Below, one piece after another: positions 55,907 through 64,000 of a DNA stretch of 64,000 bases (positions are counted from its first letter, which is position 1; every line of letters starts with the position of its first letter). Where the stretch lies: the NCBI GenBank assembly GCA_000004695.1, contig CM000153.2:3840001-3904000 (forward strand), read 5' to 3'. The notes beneath the pieces were generated by a model. The model ran no database searches and was not told the DNA's origin. It was given only the letters and a program-made list of their open reading frames with translations. Source of the stretch: Dictyostelium discoideum. Taxonomy: Eukaryota. A program made the translations under genes and the position numbers.

Positions 55907-56288
55907 ACAAAAATAAAAATAAAAAAATAAAAAATAAAAAATAAAAAAACAAAAAAAAAAAAAAAAAAAAAAAAGAAAAAAAAGAAAAAAAAAAAAGAAA
56001 AAAAAAAGAAAGAAAAAAATCAATTAAATCAAAAGAATAATATTTATTAATTTAAAATTTCCTTTTTTTTTAATATTTTTTTTAATTGTATAATAATTTA
56101 TAAATAATAATATAATAAAAAAAATAAAAAAAAATTAATTCAAACACTTATCAAATTTCTTTCTTGTTTCTTTCCAAATTTTTTTTTTTCTTATTAAACA
56201 AAATATAAATATGATTTTTAAAATTATATTTATATTTTGTTTAATAAGAATATTTTTAAAATCATATTTATATTTTGTTAAATTGTAA

Positions 56289-56340
56289 AATAAACAATTT
56301 CTATTGGATATCCAATAGAAATTGTTTATTTTACAATTAA
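56289..56340. repeat. Perfect 52-bp palindrome (26-bp arms) 'gtaaaataaacaatttctattggata|tccaatagaaattgtttattttac', preceded by a second nested inverted repeat (56201..56296)
   Basis: Read directly: 56289..56314 is the exact reverse complement of 56315..56340. Upstream, 56201..56234 is a near-perfect inverted copy of about 56262..56296. It lies between the TTP-like gene's 3' end and paralogue A of the VIT-vWA array, and is absent from the equivalent positions upstream of paralogues B and C. Confidence 0.8.
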
Positions 56341-56572
56341 AAAAAAAAAAAAAAATTTAAAAATAATTTATTCAAAGAAAAAAAAAAAAAAACACATCGA
56401 TAAAGAAATTTGGCAAGAGTGTTCTTGAAATGAGAAATTAAAAAGAAATTATTTTTTATTTTTTTATTTTTTTTATTTTTTTTTTTTTATTATTTTTAAT
56501 TATTCTTGAAATTTTTTATTTATTAATCTATTTATTTATTTATTTATTTATTTGTTTTTTATTTATTTAAAA

Positions 56573-59326
<2,754 letters not shown>

Positions 59327-59795
59327 TATTTTTTAAACATTGAATAAAAAAAAAAACTTGTAAATAAATGGAAAAAGCAAAACAATAATTTAAAATAAAT
59401 TTCAACACTCTTATTTTTTTTTTTTAAATTAATTTTTTATTTGTTTTAAAAATTAAAAAAATGTTTTTATATTTAAATTACACCTAAATTAACTTTGTAA
59501 ATTAAAATATTATATTTTATTAAAAGCAGTTTTTCCAATTTATAAAATTCATTGAATTTTTTAATTTCATCCAAACATAAATTTTTTTATTTCCATGAAT
59601 TTTTTTTTTTTGAATTACCACAAAAAACATATTGAATAATATTTTATATTTTTTTTTTTTTTTTTCTCAATTTTTTTTTTAATCAAAATTAAATATCCAA
59701 AAAGATTTTTTTTATTTATTTTTTTATAAGAACTTCTTTTTTTTTAATTTTTCTATTTATTTGTTTTTGTGAATGAATTTATATTAAATAACAAA

Positions 59796-60845
<1,050 letters not shown>

Positions 60846-61445
60846 TATTTTTTAAATATTGAATAAAGAAAAAAACTTGTATAAAAGGTAAGGGAGGTCG
60901 GGTGTAAAAATTTCAACATTAAAGTGGTAATTTTATGAGGTACTGATGGGTTTGTCACCTCTTTTTTTTATTTTTTTTTTCACTTTTTTTTTTATTTTCT
61001 GTGTGGCTCCCCTTAACAAAAGTCAAAACAAAAATTTAAAATAAATTTTATAACTTTTTTTTATTTTTTTTTTTTAAACTAATTTTTTATTTGTGTAAAA
61101 AATTAAAAAAATGTTTTTAATTTAAATTACACTCAAATTAACTTTGTAAATTTAATTATTATATTTAAATAAAAGCAGTTTTTACAATTTAATAAATTCA
61201 TTGAAATCATTTAATTTCATTCAAACACCAAGTTTTTTATTTCAAAGAATTTTTTTTTTTGAATCACAAAAAATTAATAACCCCATCAATTTTTTTTTTT
61301 TTCTCAATTTTTTTTTTTTTTTTTTTTTCTTATCAAAATAAAAAAAAATAAATATAAATAAAAAAAATCTTTTTTGGATATATTTATATTATTTTAATTT
61401 TTCTATTTATTTGTTTTTGTGCATGAATTTATATTAAATAACAAA

Positions 61446-63941
61446 ATGTTACAAAGTTTAAAAAATGTTTTTTTTTCAGAAACCACAACTACAACAACAA
61501 CATCAACTACAACACCAGTATCAAATTCAGCTATTAAAAGATACATTGGCAATATAAATGATTATAAGAATGCAAACTATTTTAATTATTATAGAATTTT
61601 GGAGAATAAATATGACTACCTTAGGGACACCTTTGGTTTAAAAACTTTTTCAAACAATGAAACATTCAAATTAATTGATTTTACAATTGATTCAGAAATG
61701 AATAATACTTGTATAACATCAATTTGGAATCAAAAGTATTCAAATAATTCAAGTATACCAGTTGAGGGTATTTATAAAATTCCATTAGCACCATATAGTG
61801 TCATTTCAGGATTCACAGTAGAATATCAAGATAAAGTTTTCATCGGTAAAATTAAATCAAAAGAAAAAGCACAAAATCAATACTCTGATTCAATCGCAAG
61901 TGGTGGCCAAGCATTCCTCGCAGAGAAAACTCAAGATGGTCAATTCTCATTTAGAATCGGTAATTTACCACCAAATGAAAATGTTACAATTCATTTAACA
62001 ATTATTTCAGGAGTTTGTCCTCATTTATCAAGTTTGCAAAATTGTTTCCATCGTTTCTTATTCCCAAATTATTCATTTAATTTCCAATTCAATTTAAATA
62101 TTAAATTAACATTACCAATTAAAACTATTGAATTATTATATTATCCAAATAGAGAAATTAAATTCAAAGAAAACTCTAATAATAAAGAAGCAACTCTTAC
62201 ATTCTCTTCAAAAAACGGTATTGATAGTGATATTGTCTGTATAGTTGAACCAGAGAATGATATTGAAAGACCACAATCAATTATTGAACATTCAAAATTA
62301 AATAATACATATGCAGTCAGTGTCAACTTTACACCATCATTCAGTCATTTAACATCGGATGATGTAAATCAAAAAAGTGAATTTATATTCCTCATCGATT
62401 GTTCAGGAAGTATGAGTGGTGAACCAATTAAAAAAGCAAAAAGAGCTTTAGAAATTATTATTAGAAGTTTAAATGAAAATTGTAAGTTTAATATTTATTG
62501 TTTCGGTAGTAGATTTACAAAAGCATTCGACAATTCAAAAATGTACAATGATGAAACATTAGCTCAAATTTCAGGATATGTTGAAAAAATTGATGCAGAC
62601 TTAGGAGGTACAGAATTATTACCACCAATCCGTGATATCCTTTCCACTGAATCAGATTTCGAATATCCAAGACAATTATTCATTCTTACAGATGGCGAAG
62701 TCAGTGAAAGAGATAGTTTAATAAACTATGTAGCAACAGAATCAAATAACACTAGAATCTTTACATATGGTATTGGAAATAGTGTAGATACAGAATTAGT
62801 AATTGGTTTATCAAAAGCATGTAAAGGTTATTATGAAATGATTAAAGATAACTCAAATTTCGAAGAACAAGTAATGAAATTAGTTTCAATTGCATTCGAA
62901 CCAACACTTTCAAATATTAAAGTAGATTGGGGTACAGAATTACAAATTGAACAAGGTCCAACCAAAATTCGTCCACTTTATTCAGGTGAGACTTTAATTG
63001 TTTATGCATTATTAAAAGATAATAAAATTCCTCAATCAACAGTACAAGTTTCATTAATTGGTGATGGACCAACTGGTTCAAAATTAGAATTCCCAATTAC
63101 ATTAGATTTCTCAAAAACAATTGATTATGAAAATAATTCAGTTCATACATTAGCAGCATTTAACATTATAAAAGATTTAGAAGAAGTTGAAAGAAAAGGA
63201 AATCATTCAAACAATAGAGACAGAATAGAAGAGTTAGGAAAAAGCTATGGATTAATATCAAAGTATACTTCATATATTGTCACTGCAGCTTCTGAACAAG
63301 TAACTGAAGAAACAATGAAAACTTTAAATATTATCCAAACACCAACAACAACAACAACAACATCACACTCAAATCGTAGAAGAGAAGAAGCAGATCATAC
63401 TATGAATCAAACTTTGCTTAAAAATTGTGCTGTTGTTGATGATTTATTTGAAAGTTGTGAAATGTTATCAGAAACCTCAATTAAATTTGAATGTAATAGA
63501 GTGTACAAAAAAATTCCTTCCTCTTTATCAAAGATTTTTTCATTCTTTTCATCACTATCCACATCTTCCTCTGTGAGATCAGAAGTTGTATCCAATTTTG
63601 ATAATGATATAGAATCAGAGGAAAAGAAAAATAATAGTATTAATAATAATAGTGATAGTTTATTAAAATTAATTAAACTTCAAAAAGCCAATGGATCATG
63701 GAGTTCACCATTTAGTGAATTCAAAATTGATTTATCAAAGAAACCATCAAACATTGATAGCGATGATATTTGGATCACTTTAATAGTAATCAACAAGATT
63801 CTTAATGATTATCCAACTCAACAATCTCAATATGACCTTGTAATTCAAAAGGCTTCAAAATGGGTAAAACAACAATTAACAAGATTAAACATTCCAAATC
63901 AATATGGCTCATTATTAGCTACTTCAAAATTACATATTTAA
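61446..63941 (+). CDS. VIT + von Willebrand factor A domain protein, paralogue C of the tandem array
   Basis: ORF 61419..63941; first ATG 61446 'MLQSLKNVFFSE'. Over 95% nucleotide identity to copy A across the VIT-vWA core (e.g. 'FIFLIDCSGSMSGEPIKKAKRALEIIIRSLNENCKFNIYCFGSRF' identical). Shorter Thr-rich N-terminal stretch, a different linker, and no poly-N. Confidence 0.8.
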   Translation: MLQSLKNVFFSETTTTTTTSTTTPVSNSAIKRYIGNINDYKNANYFNYYRILENKYDYLRDTFGLKTFSNNETFKLIDFTIDSEMNNTCITSIWNQKYSNNSSIPVEGIYKIPLAPYSVISGFTVEYQDKVFIGKIKSKEKAQNQYSDSIASGGQAFLAEKTQDGQFSFRIGNLPPNENVTIHLTIISGVCPHLSSLQNCFHRFLFPNYSFNFQFNLNIKLTLPIKTIELLYYPNREIKFKENSNNKEATLTFSSKNGIDSDIVCIVEPENDIERPQSIIEHSKLNNTYAVSVNFTPSFSHLTSDDVNQKSEFIFLIDCSGSMSGEPIKKAKRALEIIIRSLNENCKFNIYCFGSRFTKAFDNSKMYNDETLAQISGYVEKIDADLGGTELLPPIRDILSTESDFEYPRQLFILTDGEVSERDSLINYVATESNNTRIFTYGIGNSVDTELVIGLSKACKGYYEMIKDNSNFEEQVMKLVSIAFEPTLSNIKVDWGTELQIEQGPTKIRPLYSGETLIVYALLKDNKIPQSTVQVSLIGDGPTGSKLEFPITLDFSKTIDYENNSVHTLAAFNIIKDLEEVERKGNHSNNRDRIEELGKSYGLISKYTSYIVTAASEQVTEETMKTLNIIQTPTTTTTTSHSNRRREEADHTMNQTLLKNCAVVDDLFESCEMLSETSIKFECNRVYKKIPSSLSKIFSFFSSLSTSSSVRSEVVSNFDNDIESEEKKNNSINNNSDSLLKLIKLQKANGSWSSPFSEFKIDLSKKPSNIDSDDIWITLIVINKILNDYPTQQSQYDLVIQKASKWVKQQLTRLNIPNQYGSLLATSKLHI

Positions 63942-64000
63942 TATAAAAAAAAAAAAAAAAAAAAAAAAAAACTTGTAAATCTTTTCTTTTCTTTTCCAAT

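Overview
Eukaryotic nuclear DNA with the hallmarks of Dictyostelium discoideum (social amoeba): roughly 75-80% AT, very long poly(A)/poly(T) intergenic tracts, short AT-rich GTAAGT/GTATGT...AG introns, and coding (AAT)n/(CAA)n runs giving poly-Asn/Gln. Reading the six-frame track and splicing by hand, I find about 20 protein-coding genes plus one pseudogene.

Genes in order:
- N-terminal exon of a 4'-phosphopantetheinyl transferase (the gene runs off the left edge of the window).
- A RING/B-box/coiled-coil (TRIM-like) protein.
- An 81-aa ORF of unknown identity.
- rfc1 (replication factor C large subunit, two exons).
- A divergent dynamin-family GTPase.
- An F-box/LRR protein.
- An RBBP5/Swd1 WD-repeat homologue (three exons).
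- A small secreted protein.
- Two spliceosomal DEAH-box helicases arranged head-to-head: a DHX38/Prp16 orthologue (two exons) and a DHX16/Prp2 orthologue.
- A vinculin/alpha-catenin family protein (two exons).
- A 7-TM receptor-like protein.
- An FHA-domain Ser/Thr kinase (Chk2/Rad53-like, the Dictyostelium fhk family).
- A Cys-rich secreted protein.
- A four-exon gene encoding a PTEN-type phosphatase + C2 domain fused to five LIM domains.
- A DJ-1/PfpI protein.
- rpl37, with an ATG-only first exon.
- A tandem CCCH (TIS11/TTP-like) zinc-finger protein.
- A tandem array of three VIT+vWA paralogues; the middle copy is an internally deleted pseudogene.

A 7.3-kb AT-rich microsatellite-laden stretch (47.2-54.5 kb) has no convincing ORF. 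No tRNA, rRNA, CRISPR or transposon ORF was recognised.

Most worth a second look:
- The PTEN-LIM fusion architecture.
- The divergent Prp16/Prp2 helicase pair sharing a 362-bp promoter.
- The VIT-vWA array with its deletion pseudogene.
- A perfect 52-bp palindrome at the array boundary.
- A dynamin-like protein whose G2-G4 GTPase motifs look degenerate.
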